A DNA stretch of 64,000 nt from Hypanus sabinus (lineage: Eukaryota), in the NCBI RefSeq assembly GCF_030144855.1, contig NC_082717.1, positions 19,096,001 through 19,160,000 of the forward strand, in the 5' to 3' direction. The notes below the pieces were generated by a model. The model did not search any database, was not told where the DNA came from, and saw only the letters and a list, made by a program, of their open reading frames with translations. Positions 1-11,776 of the stretch are shown here, in pieces; the stretch's first letter is position 1; each line of letters begins with the position of its first letter. A program made the position numbers and the translations under genes.

Positions 1-632
1 TTCTTTTTCAATCTTTTTATTGAATTTTTCAAGAACAGGTACATAACAGTCATAATAGTACAAAGGGAGTGAGATTACATTGTTGGCAATTAACACATGA
101 GTAAAAACTATAGGTAACACCAATATAATAGACCTTGCAAACCCTTGATATAAACAAGATACAAAAAAAATGGGAAAAACCCAAATTGAAAATCAAAAAC
201 AAAATAAACTAAACTCAACACAACTAAGCCTAAACTTTAAAAAAAAGCAAGCAAGCTGGGCTATTCTACTACATCAAAAAAAATTATTAGTGTCGTCAAC
301 TCCGCTCCTCCACTCAAATTAATGAATGATATAAAGGAATCGGAAAACTTCAAATTACATTCTGTGGAAGTATTGAATAAAAGGCCTCCAAGTTTCTTCA
401 AATTTACCACTTCTAATTTTTTCTAAATATAAACAGGATATGGTTTGAGAAAACCATTGAGATGTAGTTGGAGGATTTATCTCTTTCCAATTCAATAAAA
501 TAGATCTTCTAGCCATTAAAGTAGCAAATGCAATCATCCGCCGAGCTGCAGAGGGCAGATCAATCATTGGTAAGCCAAAAATTGCAGTGATAGGGTGAGG
601 TTGTAAATCAATGTGCAAAACTATAGAGAATG
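1..632 (-). mobile_element. L1-clade LINE 3' end (ORF2 C-terminus, 3' UTR, poly(A) remnant)
   Basis: The distal part of ORF 355..759 (LQPHPITAIFG...ARRSILLNWKEINPPTTSQW...LYLEKIR...KFEETWRPFI) resembles the C-terminal domain of vertebrate L1 ORF2. The minus strand ends in AATAAA and an A-rich tail at positions 1-30. Confidence 0.8.
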
Positions 633-711
633 TACCATAAATATGGAGGACCTTCATTACTGCCCTAAATGCCAAGGGCATAATGGACAGTAAGTAAATT
701 AATTTTATCTC

Positions 712-832
712 AAACACAAGGAAATCTGCAGATGCTGGAAATTCAGGGTCTCGGCCCAAAACGTTGACTATACTTCTTCCTATAGATGCTGCCTGGCCTG
801 CTGTGTTCCACCAGCATTTTGTGCGTGTTGCT
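712..832 (+). repeat. Penelope-derived terminal module, degenerate hammerhead (CTGATGA lost)
   Basis: gggtctcggcccaaaacgttgact followed by atagatgctgcctggcctgctgtgttccaccagcattttgtg, a module shared with more than 10 other copies in the window. Confidence 0.7.
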
Positions 833-849
833 TAAGTTAATTTTATGAT

Positions 850-1187
850 GGAGCTGGTTGAGTTTACAATCCTTTGCAGCTTTTTCTAATCCAGTCCATG
901 GGAGTCTCTATACCAGATGGAGATACAAGTTAAAATGTTCTCCAAGGTACTCCTGTAGAAACTTGCTAAAGACTTTGGTGACATAACAAATCTTCTGAAA
1001 CTCCTAATGAAATCTAGCCACTGTGCCGCCTTCATAATTGCAACAATATGTTCATCCCAGGATAGGCCTTCAGAGATGTTACCACCCAGGAATTTGAAAC
1101 TGCTCACCCTGTCCATTGCTGACCCCTCAATGAGGACTAATGTGTGTTCCCTAGACTTCTCCTTCCTGAATTCGACAATCAATGGTC
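850..1187 (-). mobile_element. Rex1/Babar LINE fragment (RT C-terminal region)
   Basis: ORF 886..1182 MIVEFRK...RVSSFKFLG.NISEGLSW...FYRSTLENILTCISIWY matches the typical Rex/Babar post-RT motif string. Confidence 0.8.
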
Positions 1188-3619
1188 AGTCCACCACTGA
1201 CTCTGAGGCTAAAGAAAAAGTAAGGAGGTCAGAAAAGGATGAATGGGATTGAGGTGTTAGGAGCAGCATTGACCTGATTGGCTGACTGTGCCATAGTAAC
1301 TAAATACTAGAATAACTATATTTGCAGCTCACTGGCCCAAAAACCCTAAAACTGCACCATCATGACTGCTGTGCAATTAGGTCATGGGCTGGGGGGAAAA
1401 CATCACTTGAGAGCTGGAATCTCACACCCACCAACCTATGCACTGTGTTTCTCAGCTGTAACAGGAGATGATGGCAGAATTGCAGAGAGCATGGGGCATT
1501 AAACCACAAAACTAACACTAACTTGAATCTTAGTCCAATCCTGTATATTTGGACAGGAATATGTAATCAATGTTGACTATTCTATATCGTCTACATCTGA
1601 TGAATTTCCACTGAATATTTACCTTCCTTCCTGTAATTCAGTGAAGCATTGTATTTAAATACTAACGTGATGGAACCAAGAGTTTAGGAAAACCCAGAAG
1701 ATGGGGGCCCAGAAGAAAATGGGCATTGAAAAAAATACCCACTAAGATCTGGAGATCTCTGTGGTTTGCAATTCCCCTCTGTGACATCTGCTACTATTGG
1801 GTAACAGTTCGAATTTATCCCTAGTGCTGGGCAATGACACGTCATCAAGTTGGTTAAGTAGCCATTGATATTAAAGAATTCTCTTAGACAGTGGAACGGG
1901 AAACATTTCAGTAATAAGTATTTAAAATTTAAACAGTGTCATACAAGATGTAAACATATATGAGATTAAAGTAAAATCTCATAAATAAGATATAGTTTGT
2001 TTTGAAGTATTGATCTAAGAAAATTACAATATATTTGCATAGTGCTAGAGCAGCAGTTACATGTGGAGTTTGAGGTTCGTAACGGATGAGGTGGTGTGTT
2101 TTGACAAAGAATTCGACTCGATGTATATTCAATGAAATTAACGTTGAAAAATTGGATGTGAAGATATTGTCTACAGTTTGACCTAGGTTACCTATTTTGA
2201 GAAATTGCAATTCATCAATAATTTACCAAGCAGCAGTTATGGCTTAGTACACCATGGAAAACACATAACTAAGATTTTACAGGGTATTTTCAGTGGGTGC
2301 AGTCTGACCAAAAAAAAAGCCTGAAATTCATTATTAACTTGGGTGATCTCAGCAAAATTCTGCTGGCAAACACTGCTTGCACCACTGCCTGTGAAGGGCA
2401 ACCTGGATAACTGATGGCATCTCCTATACTCTCCACTTATTCAGTAGGTTTACCATCAATTTTACCTCAAAACCTGCTGCTTTGATACATTGTACATATC
2501 GGCAATAAAGATCAGTTACCGTTAAAAATGCACGATAAGTCCTAACTCAGCTGCAAGCTTTGCAAAGGAATTGGAACAGTTTGAAGGAAAACAGGTTTTA
2601 AAAAAGGTATAGAAATAAAAAAAATGACTAGATCATTTTCAGGATCTGGGTGACAATTTTAATAGTGTAAATGGATGAATTATATTCTAGTGTTTCGATG
2701 TCATTGCAATGTCCTTAAAGCAAAATATTTGGAAGCAAACTAATCTTCTTTTGAAAATAGCATCGAAGATTGATGGATCACTGATAGTTCAAAATATGCA
2801 GCAAATGTTGCCTTAACTGCTGCTCCTGAAAACTAAAATGCAGCTGAGACATTCAGAAATACACATGGGGATCTCAAAACTAAAGAAAATTGCAGGCTCT
2901 GTTTTCTTAAGCATTGTGAGCGTCTCCACCCAAACATAACTTTCTTTTCTCTTGCCGCTGCCAAGGGACATGCCATGTGTCTCTCTGTTTTGATCTCAGA
3001 ATTTCAACAATTTTATTAAAATCTGAAATGCAAACCAGATGACATTTATCTGTTCTTCCCTCATTAATAAGAGAAGAAGCAAGATAACAAATAGTCAGCA
3101 ATATGTAAACAGAAAGAGCTCACGGGAAAGCCAAGTGGAATGAAATTAAGCACGTATTGAGTTTGTATCTTGTCATGCACTTCAAAATTGTAAGAGGCAA
3201 AGATCATGTGAATAGCCAGAGATCAGTGATGGAGAGAAGGCAGGGATATGGGTTGAGTGGGATCGGGGATCATCCACGGTGGAATGGTAGAGCAGACTCG
3301 ATGGGCTGAATAGTTAATTCTGCTCCTATGTCTTATGCTAGTGGATGTGCAGGGAATTTGTAGCTCCCCAACATCTCCAGCTGACAATGACCTTGTATTG
3401 AATACATTAGGCTGAAGTGTAGCCACCTCTTTCATACAGAAAATGAATGGATGAGACAGGCAACCTTTTATCAGTGACACTGTCAATGCAACATATTTCA
3501 CCATGTCACATACACATTTACTATCCTCGTAACTGTGAATCCATGACAAGTCAGTATGAATTTACAGCTCCACAGAGTGTAATCAAACAGTACAAAACAT
3601 GATGGATAGGAGATGCGGA

Positions 3620-4160
3620 TTCAGGAAACAGGGAATTTATCATAAGCTGCCGTCAAATCGCTTTGCGATGTGGCAGCGAGCCTCGACCAGCATAATGGTG
3701 AAGGACTCCCGATGACCCCACAGCCCCTGTGATGGGGTGGCGCAGAAGCTGCAGTGATGCTGACTTCAGCTTCAGCTCTCTGGTCCTGTGGCTGAGCAGG
3801 CACAGAACCGTGCACAACTTCACCACCGTTCATGACGTTGCTGGCTCCTTTTTGCCACCTTTCCGATTACATGTCTATGATGGCAGGAAGGCTGGTGCCA
3901 GTGACGCAGTGACGCAGTACCCATCGTCGAGCCTACTTGTCTGCCGCAGTGCAGTTTCCGTACCGAGCAGCGATGCAGCTGGTCAGGACACGCTCTAGAA
4001 TGACTTGAGTATGGACGTGCAAAGTCCAGTTCTCTTTAGACTCCTCAAAAAATGCAGGTACTTGCTAGCTTCTTTGTTTGTACAGGATGTGTTGTGGGAC
4101 CAACCATGAGAGGGCGTGTGAGACGTGTACTCCCAGGGGTTTGTACTGCCAATGTAAAGG
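3620..4160 (-). mobile_element. Rex1/Babar LINE fragment, rearranged
   Basis: Translated remnants LHFLRSLKRTGLCTSILKSF and KPLGVHVSHALSW fall in the same Rex/Babar region as 850-1187. Confidence 0.6.
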
Positions 4161-4449
4161 GGTTGGGAGTGGTGCAAATTCTCCTGAGGTCGAATTGCTA
4201 ACACAAGATTGACTATTGCTGTTTGCATTAATGAGCAGCTGTACCCAATAAGGTGAGGTCACTGACTGAACATAATTGGTTCTGTCTAAGTCTGCTTTCT
4301 ACGCAAGCAGTACATTCTATAACATTGAAGTTATACTAACTAGTATGTGTGTAGGCCTCTGTTGGTCTCGATAGACCATGGATTTGCACCTTTGAAAGTT
4401 TCCAGGGCACAAGCCTGGGCAAGGATTTTTTTTGTGGAAGACTGGCAAG

Positions 4450-6795
4450 TTGTGCAATGAACCGGATTTGATCAGAGACCTCGAGGTAAAGGAACCATTA
4501 GGAGATAGTGACCATAATATGATATGTTTTAACCTACAATTTGAGAAGGAGAAGGGAAAATCAGATGTGTCAGTAATACAGTTGAACAAAGGGAACTATG
4601 GAGCTATGAGGGAGGAGCTGGCCAAAGTTCAATGGAACAATACCCTAGCAGGGAAGACAGTGGAACAAAAATGGCAGGTATTTCTGGGAATAATGCAGAA
4701 GGTGCAGGATCAGTTCATTCCAAAGAGGAAGAAAGATCCTAAGGGGAGTAAGGGGTGGCCGTGGCTGACGAGGGAAGTAAAGGGCAGTATAAAAATAAAA
4801 GAGAAGAAGTATAACATAGCAAAGATGAGCGGGAAACCGGAGGACTGGGAAGCTTTAAAGAGCAACAGAAGATAACAAAAAAGGCAATACGCCAAGAAAA
4901 AATGAGATACGAAGGTAAACTAGCCAAGAATATAAAGGAGGATAGTTAAAGCTTCTTTAGGTATGTGAATAGCAAAAAAATAGTTAAGACCAAAATTGGG
5001 CCATTGAAGACAGAAATGGGTGAATTTATTATGGGGAACAAGGAAATGGCAGACGAGTTGAACAGGTACTTTGGATCTGTCTTCACTAGGGAAGACACAA
5101 ACAATCTCCCAGATGTAATAATGGCCAAAGGAACTAGGGTAAAGGATGAACTGAAGGAAATTTATATTAGGCAAGAAACGGTGTTGGATAGACTGTTGAG
5201 TCTGAAGGCTGATAAGTCCCCGGGACCTGATGGTCTGCATCCCAGGGTACTTAAAGAGGTGGCTCTAGAAATCGTGGATGCATTGGTAATCATTTTCCAA
5301 TGTTCTATAGATTCAGGAACAGTTCCTGCTGATTGGAGGGTGGCTAATGTTGTCCCAATTTTCAAGAAAAGAGGGAGAGAGAAAACAGGGAATTATAGAC
5401 AGGTTAGCCTGATCTCAGTGGTGGGAAAGATGCTGGAGTCAATTATAAAAGAGGAAATTATGACACACTTGGATAGCAGTAGAAGGATCACTCCGAGTCA
5501 GCATGGATTTATGAAGGGAAAATCATGCTTGACTAATCTTCTGGAGTTTTTTGAGGATGTAACTATGAAAATGGACAAGGGAGAGCCAGTGGATGTAGTG
5601 TACCTGGACTTACAGGAAGCTTTTGATAAAGTCCCACATAGGAGATTAGTGGGCAAAATTCGGGCACACGGTATTGGGGGCAGGGTACTGACATGGATAG
5701 AAAATTGGCTGGCTGACAGGAAACAAAGAGTAGTGATTAACAGGTCCCTTTCGGAATGGCAGGCTGTGACCAGTGGGGTACCACAAGCTTCGGTGCTGGG
5801 ACCGCAGCTGTTTACAATATACATTAATAATTTAGATGACGGGATTAAAAGTAACATTAACAAATTTGCTGATGACACAAAGCTGGGTGGCAGTGTGAAA
5901 TGTCAGGAGGATGTTATGAGAATGCAGGGTGATTTAGACAGGTTGGGTGAGTGGGCAAATGTATGGCAGATGCAGTTTAATGTGGATAAATGTGAGGTTA
6001 TCCACTTTGGTGGCAAGAACAGGAAGGCAGATTACTATCTAAATGGAGTCAAGTTAGGAAAAGGGGAAGTACAACAAGATCTAGGTGTTCTTGTACATCA
6101 GTCACTGAAAGCAAGCATGCAGGTACAGCAGGCAGTGAAGAAAGCTAATGACATGCTGGCTTTTATAACAAGAGGAATTGAGTATAGGAGTAAAGAGGTC
6201 CTTCTGCAGCTGTACAGGGCCCTGGTGAGACCCCACCTGGAGTATTGTGTGCAGTTTTGGTCTCAAAATTTGAGGATTGACATTCTTGCTATTGAGGGAG
6301 TGCAGCATAGGTTCACAAAGTTAATTCCCGGAATGGCAGGACTATCATATGTTGAAAGATTGGAGTGACTGGGTTTGTATACACCGGAATTTAGAAGGAT
6401 GAGATGGGATCTGAATGAAACATATAAGATTATTAAGGGATTGGACATGCTGGAGGCAGGAAGCATGTTCCCGCTGTTGGGTGAGTCCAGAGAACTAGAG
6501 GCCACAGTTTAAGAATAAGGGGTAGGCCATTTAGAACAGAGATGCGGAAAAACTTTTTCACCCAGAGAGCGGTGGATATGTGGAATGCTCTGCCCCAGAA
6601 GGCAGTGGAGGCCAAGTCTCTGGATGCATTCAAGAGAGAGTTAGATAGAGCTCTTATAGATAGCGGGGTCAAAGGATATGGGGAGAGGGCAGGAACGTGG
6701 TACTGATTGTGTATGATCAGCCATGATCACAGTGAATAGCGGTGCTGGCTAGAAGGGCCAAATGACTTACTCCTGCACCTACTGTCTATTGTCTA
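4450..6795 (+). mobile_element. CR1-clade LINE, 5'-truncated, fairly young
   Basis: End of the APE domain (PLGDSDHNMICF), linker (PWLTREVK), RT ORF 4965..6368, CR1 3' UTR and short tandem tail (tgtctattgtcta). Confidence 0.95.
4965..6368 (+). pseudogene. CR1 ORF2 reverse transcriptase segment (467 aa open, part of a broken ORF2)
   Basis: Motifs [76 protein letters not shown]. Frameshift upstream and premature stop at 6368. Confidence 0.93.
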
Positions 6796-8065
6796 AGTCA
6801 CCCCTCTCCATGCCACCAATATTGTTCAAGGGAAGGGCATTAGGACCCATACAGCTTGGCACCGGTGTCATTGCAGAGCAATGTGTGGTTAAGTGCCTTG
6901 CTCAAGGACACACACGTAGCCTCAGCCAAGGCTCGAACTAGCGACTTTCAGATAACTAGATGAACGCCTAAAAAACCTGGCCATGCACTAACAATAACCA
7001 GTATACAGAATCCATCATTGACATGTAAACCATTAGATAACCAAAGGTTGTGTATGTACCCCTTTGGTTGTATACCAATGACATGTGCATTTATTATATA
7101 TCAACTATATCCATAGGTGATTGTAGCCTACACCAGGCATGTGTCATCCATCATTTATCACTGAATGTACGCCACACACGTAATCATTGACTGTCCTTTG
7201 GAAGTGGTGAATGGGCATAGCATATATTCAAAGCCTATCAATTCATGTCCACCGCGGGGAATTGTTTGCAGATGCATGAGGAGTGATTAGCAGAGTGGAA
7301 TAATCTACTCCGCTGCATTAGTCTGGTGATTTAAGGAGGAATAAGTGAAGAGGAATATATCTCTTTGATTTAACGCGGCAAAGGCTTCCTTAGCAGCTAA
7401 CGTCATTGTTCACTTCCTGCCCACCAGCTGGCTGCTGCCACGGTTGGAAATGTGAAGTCAGCATTTCTAAGTAGTGCCAAAGAAAACTGTTCCATCTCTG
7501 TAGGAAATTTTGTCCTCAAAATTTGCAAAAAGTGGGTTGATAAGATCTACAAGAAAATCTCAGGACCTAAGCAGAATGCTAATTCAGCACAGACTGGATG
7601 GGCCAAATGGCCCAGATCTAAGACTAATGCTTGCCTAGAGAGCATGAAATCCTTCCAGTAGTCTGCAGTCTCATCTGAAGCCCTGACTCCATCCTGGGGA
7701 TTTGTGATTGTATATTTACTGAATCTAAACGACCTGGTTGATTGAGTTCATTGTTGATCAGCAAACATTAATACATGGTGTCATCACCGAATGAGCCGAA
7801 TGTGGCAGCCTGTCATTGGGGAACGAGTCCAGCAGCGCAAGTAGCTCATCACACAGTGGTTCACCTCACATACAGCACAACTGAAAGTGCGATCATCTGA
7901 ACAGCCTCTTGTCTGCAGGGTGATTGCTGAATGCTGGAAGGGAACTGGAAAGCACGTTGTGACAACGTGCAGTTCAGCTCAGTGAAACGTTAATCTATCA
8001 GATGTCAAACAGGCCAATGAAATCCTCACAACGTTAATTAACCCGTTGTACTAAGCAAGTTCAAA

Positions 8066-8247
8066 GGAGGAACTCAGCAGGCCAGGCAGCATCGACAGAA
8101 AAGTGTACGGTCGATGTTTCAGGCTGAGTCCTGCTGAAGGGCCGACTGGACTCTTTCCCATCGGTGCTGCCTGGCCTGTTGAGTTCCTCCAGGATTTTGT
8201 GTGTGTTGCTCGAATTTCCAGCCTCTGCAGGATCTCTTGTGTTTGTG
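8066..8247. repeat. Fold-back (inverted) Penelope-derived module
   Basis: Arms 8066-8114 and 8142-8190 are imperfect reverse complements (ggaggaactcagcaggccaggcagcatc / ggtgctgcctggcctgttgagttcctcc). The loop contains decayed hammerhead halves. Confidence 0.8.
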
Positions 8248-8485
8248 ATTTCACAAAGCAAATCGCCAAGCGTGAAAGACCTGTAAGAGAAATATTTATT
8301 GAGTTGCCCTTACACGTGGCCAAGTAAAAGCCACAGGATATCAGCCTAACACCCTTATGATAAATATTTTAGTCCTGATAGAAAAATAGAGGACCATATG
8401 GGAGAGAAGGTTTAGATCGATCTTAGAGATTAAAAGGTCAGCACAACATTGCAGGCAGAAGGGCCTGTACTATGCTGTAATATAA

Positions 8486-8948
8486 CCATATAACAATTAC
8501 AGCATGGAAACAGGCCACCTCGGCCTTTCTGGTCCTTGCCAAACGCTTACTCTCACCTAGTCCCACTGACCCACACTCAGCCCATACCCTCCACTCCTTT
8601 CCTGTCCATATACCTATCCAATTTTGCTTTAAATGACAATACCAAACCTGCCTCTACCACTTCTACTGGAAGCTCATTCCACCCAGCTACCACTCTCTGA
8701 GTAAAGAAGTTCCCCCTCGTGTTACCCTTAAACTTTTGCCCCCTAACTCTCAACTCATGTCCTCTTGTTTGAATCTCCCCTACTCTCAATGGAAAAAACC
8801 TATCCACGTCAACTCTACCTATCCCCCTCATAATTTTTAATATCTCTATCAAGTCCCCCCTCAACCTACGATACAAAGAATAAAGACCTAACTTGTTCAA
8901 AGTTTCCCTGTAACTTAGGTGCTGAAACCCAGGTAACATTCTAGTAAT
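8486..8948 (-). mobile_element. CR1 LINE 3' fragment
   Basis: ORF 8577..8939 LGLYSL..RRLRGDLIE...TRGHEL...FFTQRVV..WNELP...FKAKLDRYM, followed by a CR1 3' UTR. Confidence 0.9.
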
Positions 8949-9058
8949 ATTGTTTATTGTTCTGATTGCAGGGGATCAGAAAAAGCTGCAGAAAGTTGTA
9001 AACTCTGCCATATCTGTCATGGGCATTAGCCCCCCACCCCACAACCACCCCCCCAGTA

Positions 9059-9897
9059 GGACACATCATCAATGATGTTACCTGGGGTCGTCAGGTGTTT
9101 CGGGTCTTTCAACATCATACACCCTTGCCCAGGTGATCTGACCGGAGTTGATCAGACCCCAGCCTGTGTCCTGACAGCCACCCACGGATCTGCCCTCTTT
9201 ATCCAGAGCCATCTTGACGCTTTCTCTGCTGCATCTGTGGTGGTAGAAATGGTCCTCCTTCCTCTCTCTCCCGTGATTCCAAGTGCAGTGTATACTTTGC
9301 AGAGCGATTGACCTGCAAAGACACGATACCCAACCTCCACGGGCCAACACTTTGCTCTCCAGCCTCTTCTTTGGCAGTTGTTCTTCAGATCTGCATACTT
9401 TGCTCTTTTCCGCTCGTAGGCCTCCTCCAGGCGTTCTTCCCGCGGCACGGTAAGCTCAAGCATAAGAACATGCTTCGATGAGTTGGACCACAACACAATG
9501 TCGGGCCGCAATGTAGTTTCCGTGATGTGGGGAGGGAACTGCTGCTGTTTCCCCAGGTCTGCTTTTAGCTTCCAGTCCTGCGCAGTGAAGAGTAACCCAG
9601 TTGCTTTCCGGTGTTGTGCTGGTCTTTTCCCCTCTTTGACAAAGCAGATTGTATTCTTGACCGGACCTATTTTCCGGCAGATGTTAAGGGTGCTGCAGAT
9701 TGTCTCAGTGATTGTCCAGAGGACCTGGTCATGCCGCCACCGATAACGGCCATCGGCAAGAGCTCTGGGGCAGCAGCTCAGAATATGCTCTAGCATACCG
9801 GTCTTCTCACAGAGGGGGCAAGGCCCCAGCAGTGCAGGTTGGATGAGCTAGGAAGGAGATCATAAACAGCCTGGATAAGGAACCTGATGCGTTGTGA
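9059..9897 (-). mobile_element. HERO-type (restriction-like endonuclease) non-LTR retrotransposon, 5'-truncated
   Basis: RIRFLIQAVYDLLPS, a CCHC knuckle remnant (PLCEKTGMLEHILSCC), RHDQVL, the RLE motif RPDIVLW...MLELTVP.EERLEEAYERKRAKY, PVEVG, and a short 3' UTR ending tgatgatgtgtcc. Confidence 0.85.
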
Positions 9898-10613
9898 TTT
9901 ATATTTATTATTATTATTATTATATATTTCAATGTCTTGCTGCCGCAAGACAACCCATTTCACAACGTATGCTGGTGATATTAAACCTGATTCTGATTGG
10001 CAGAAATTCAATAACATTCTCATCATCACAAAAGAACCATTGTTTTGCAAAATGTTTTTAACCACACAGAACAGTACAGTATAGCGGCAGGCTCTTTAGT
10101 CCATACTGCTGTGCTGAACCATTTAAATTGGTAATCAAATGGCCAACTAAACACTCCTGCTTAAGCAATCCTTCCATTTCACTTCACCTTCATGCACCTA
10201 TCTAAACATCTCTTAAAAGTCCCTAAGGCATCTGCCTCCCCCACCATCCCAGACAACCCACCACTCTCTGTGTTGAAAAGAACTTGCTCCTCACACCTAC
10301 TTTGAACTAACCCTCTCTCAGCTTAAATGAATGTTCTGTTATTAGACATTTCAACCCCAGGAAAAAGATACTGACTGTCTACTCCATATACGCCCCTCAT
10401 AATCTTATGAATCTCTGACAGATCTCCCTCTTACCGCTCCAGAAAAAACAACCCAAGTTTGTCTAACCTCTCGTTATAGCATCTAGTCCTGGTAAACCTC
10501 TTCTGCACCCTCTCCAAAGCCTCGACATCCTTCCTATAATGAGGCAACGAGAACTGCATGCAATGCTCCAGTTACAACCATACAATAAAGGCAAGTATGC
10601 CATATGCCTTCTT

Positions 10614-11399
10614 CAAAGGTACAACTTAATGTCAAAGGAATGTATAACAATATACATCCTGAAATGCTTTTCCTTCGCAACCATCCACAAAAACAGAGGA
10701 GCGCCCCAAAGAATGAATGACAGTTAAAAGTTAGAACCCCAAAGTCCCCCTCCTGTACGTAAGTGGCAGCGAGCATCAATTCCCCCCCCACCCAACGGCA
10801 AAATTAAAAAGCATCGGCACCCACCACCGAGCACTCAAGTGTGAGAAAAGCAACAGCAAAGACACAGATTTGCAGTTACCCCAAAGACTTCACGTTTCAC
10901 CTGGTATTCGACATACCACAAGATCTCTCTCGCTCCCTAATAAGGGAGAAAAAAGTGTTTTCCTAGCTCCCTAGCGAGGGGGGAGACATAACAAACAACT
11001 CATAGGTTTATGATGTTAAAAGTCCACCATGTCCCTTTTATCACAAAAATCTGGGCACACAACTGCAGATATTCTGACTCCCCTGATGACACACGGGTCT
11101 CTTGTCATGACACCAACCCTCAATCTGCCCGGCTCCAGAGCCCCGAAATCCTAAGCTTCCAAATCTGAGCTGGTCTCTTAGGCCGAGCCCTTGACGTGCC
11201 AAGCAGCAATGGCCGGTTATGAAACTCCGAGAGCAAGTCCCATTCCCGCAAAGAACCATAGTCAGCGTGTAACTCCAGGTCAGGGTCTTCAAAAGAACCC
11301 TGAAGGGGAAAAATAGAGATATTAAAGATGGAAATAGAGCTGTTTCCTAAGATGCAAGCAAAGGAGTCACCGTTTAGCACCATCATCACTCTGCTCCAT
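10614..11399 (-). mobile_element. Non-autonomous ~790-bp retroelement with LINE-like tail
   Basis: Flanked by direct repeat CTTCTT (10608-10613, 11400-11405). The 5' part aligns by eye with 56470-56660. No credible ORF. Confidence 0.65.
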
Positions 11400-11429
11400 C
11401 TTCTTAACCACCCTATCAATGTGTGTAGC

Positions 11430-11776
11430 TGTCATGGTCCCTTCTGGCAATCCCCCATCTGGCTATTTACCTCAGGAATTGGGCCTCAATCACCTCATTT
11501 ACTTCCAATCATTCCCAGGTTCCACTAACTACACACACCTGCTTTCCATCGGCAAATGCAGTATAAAAACCCTGCCATCACAACAAGGAGCTGCTAGTTC
11601 ATTGGTTGACTCTGGTGTGAGTAACCTTGTTTCATGGTTCTTAGGACTACCAGTTCTAAGTCTAGCATTGCTCCTGGATACTGATTCCACGCTCGCCACG
11701 TCAAGAACGCCTCCCGACTCTGCCTCTGCGCCCGGGTCCTGCACTTGGGTTCATCCTCAGCCTCGTCCTTGCAATA
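11430..11776 (+). mobile_element. Solo LTR (347 bp)
   Basis: Starts TGTCA, ends AATA (decayed CA), 5-bp TSD GTAGC (11425-11429, 11777-11781), internal TATAAAA near 11562. A homologous copy lies at 44996-45386. Confidence 0.85.

Larger units (their letters stand above)
4350..6986 (-). mobile_element. tRNA-derived CORE-like SINE split by a CR1 insertion (SINE parts 6796-6986 and 4350-4449)
   Basis: The minus strand starts with a tRNA-like head (tggccagg...aggcgttc...gttcgagcc B-box), then gtgtccttgagcaaggcacttaacc (similar to the CORE/MIR domain). The body appears to continue on the far side of the CR1. Confidence 0.6.

Noticed and set aside
4965-6368. 467-aa RT ORF as a functional or domesticated gene (or retron-type RT)
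   Set aside because: Ordinary CR1 ORF2 segment bounded by a frameshift and a premature stop, 5'-truncated, with substitutions in conserved motifs (PQAS for PQGS).
6915-6986. tRNA gene
   Set aside because: Only a degenerate tRNA-like SINE head that continues into a SINE body; no complete cloverleaf.
9093-9125. Hammerhead-like string in the HERO 3' UTR (atgatgttgaaagacccgaaac on the minus strand)
   Set aside because: Lacks CUGANGA and stem I, so it does not fit the hammerhead consensus.
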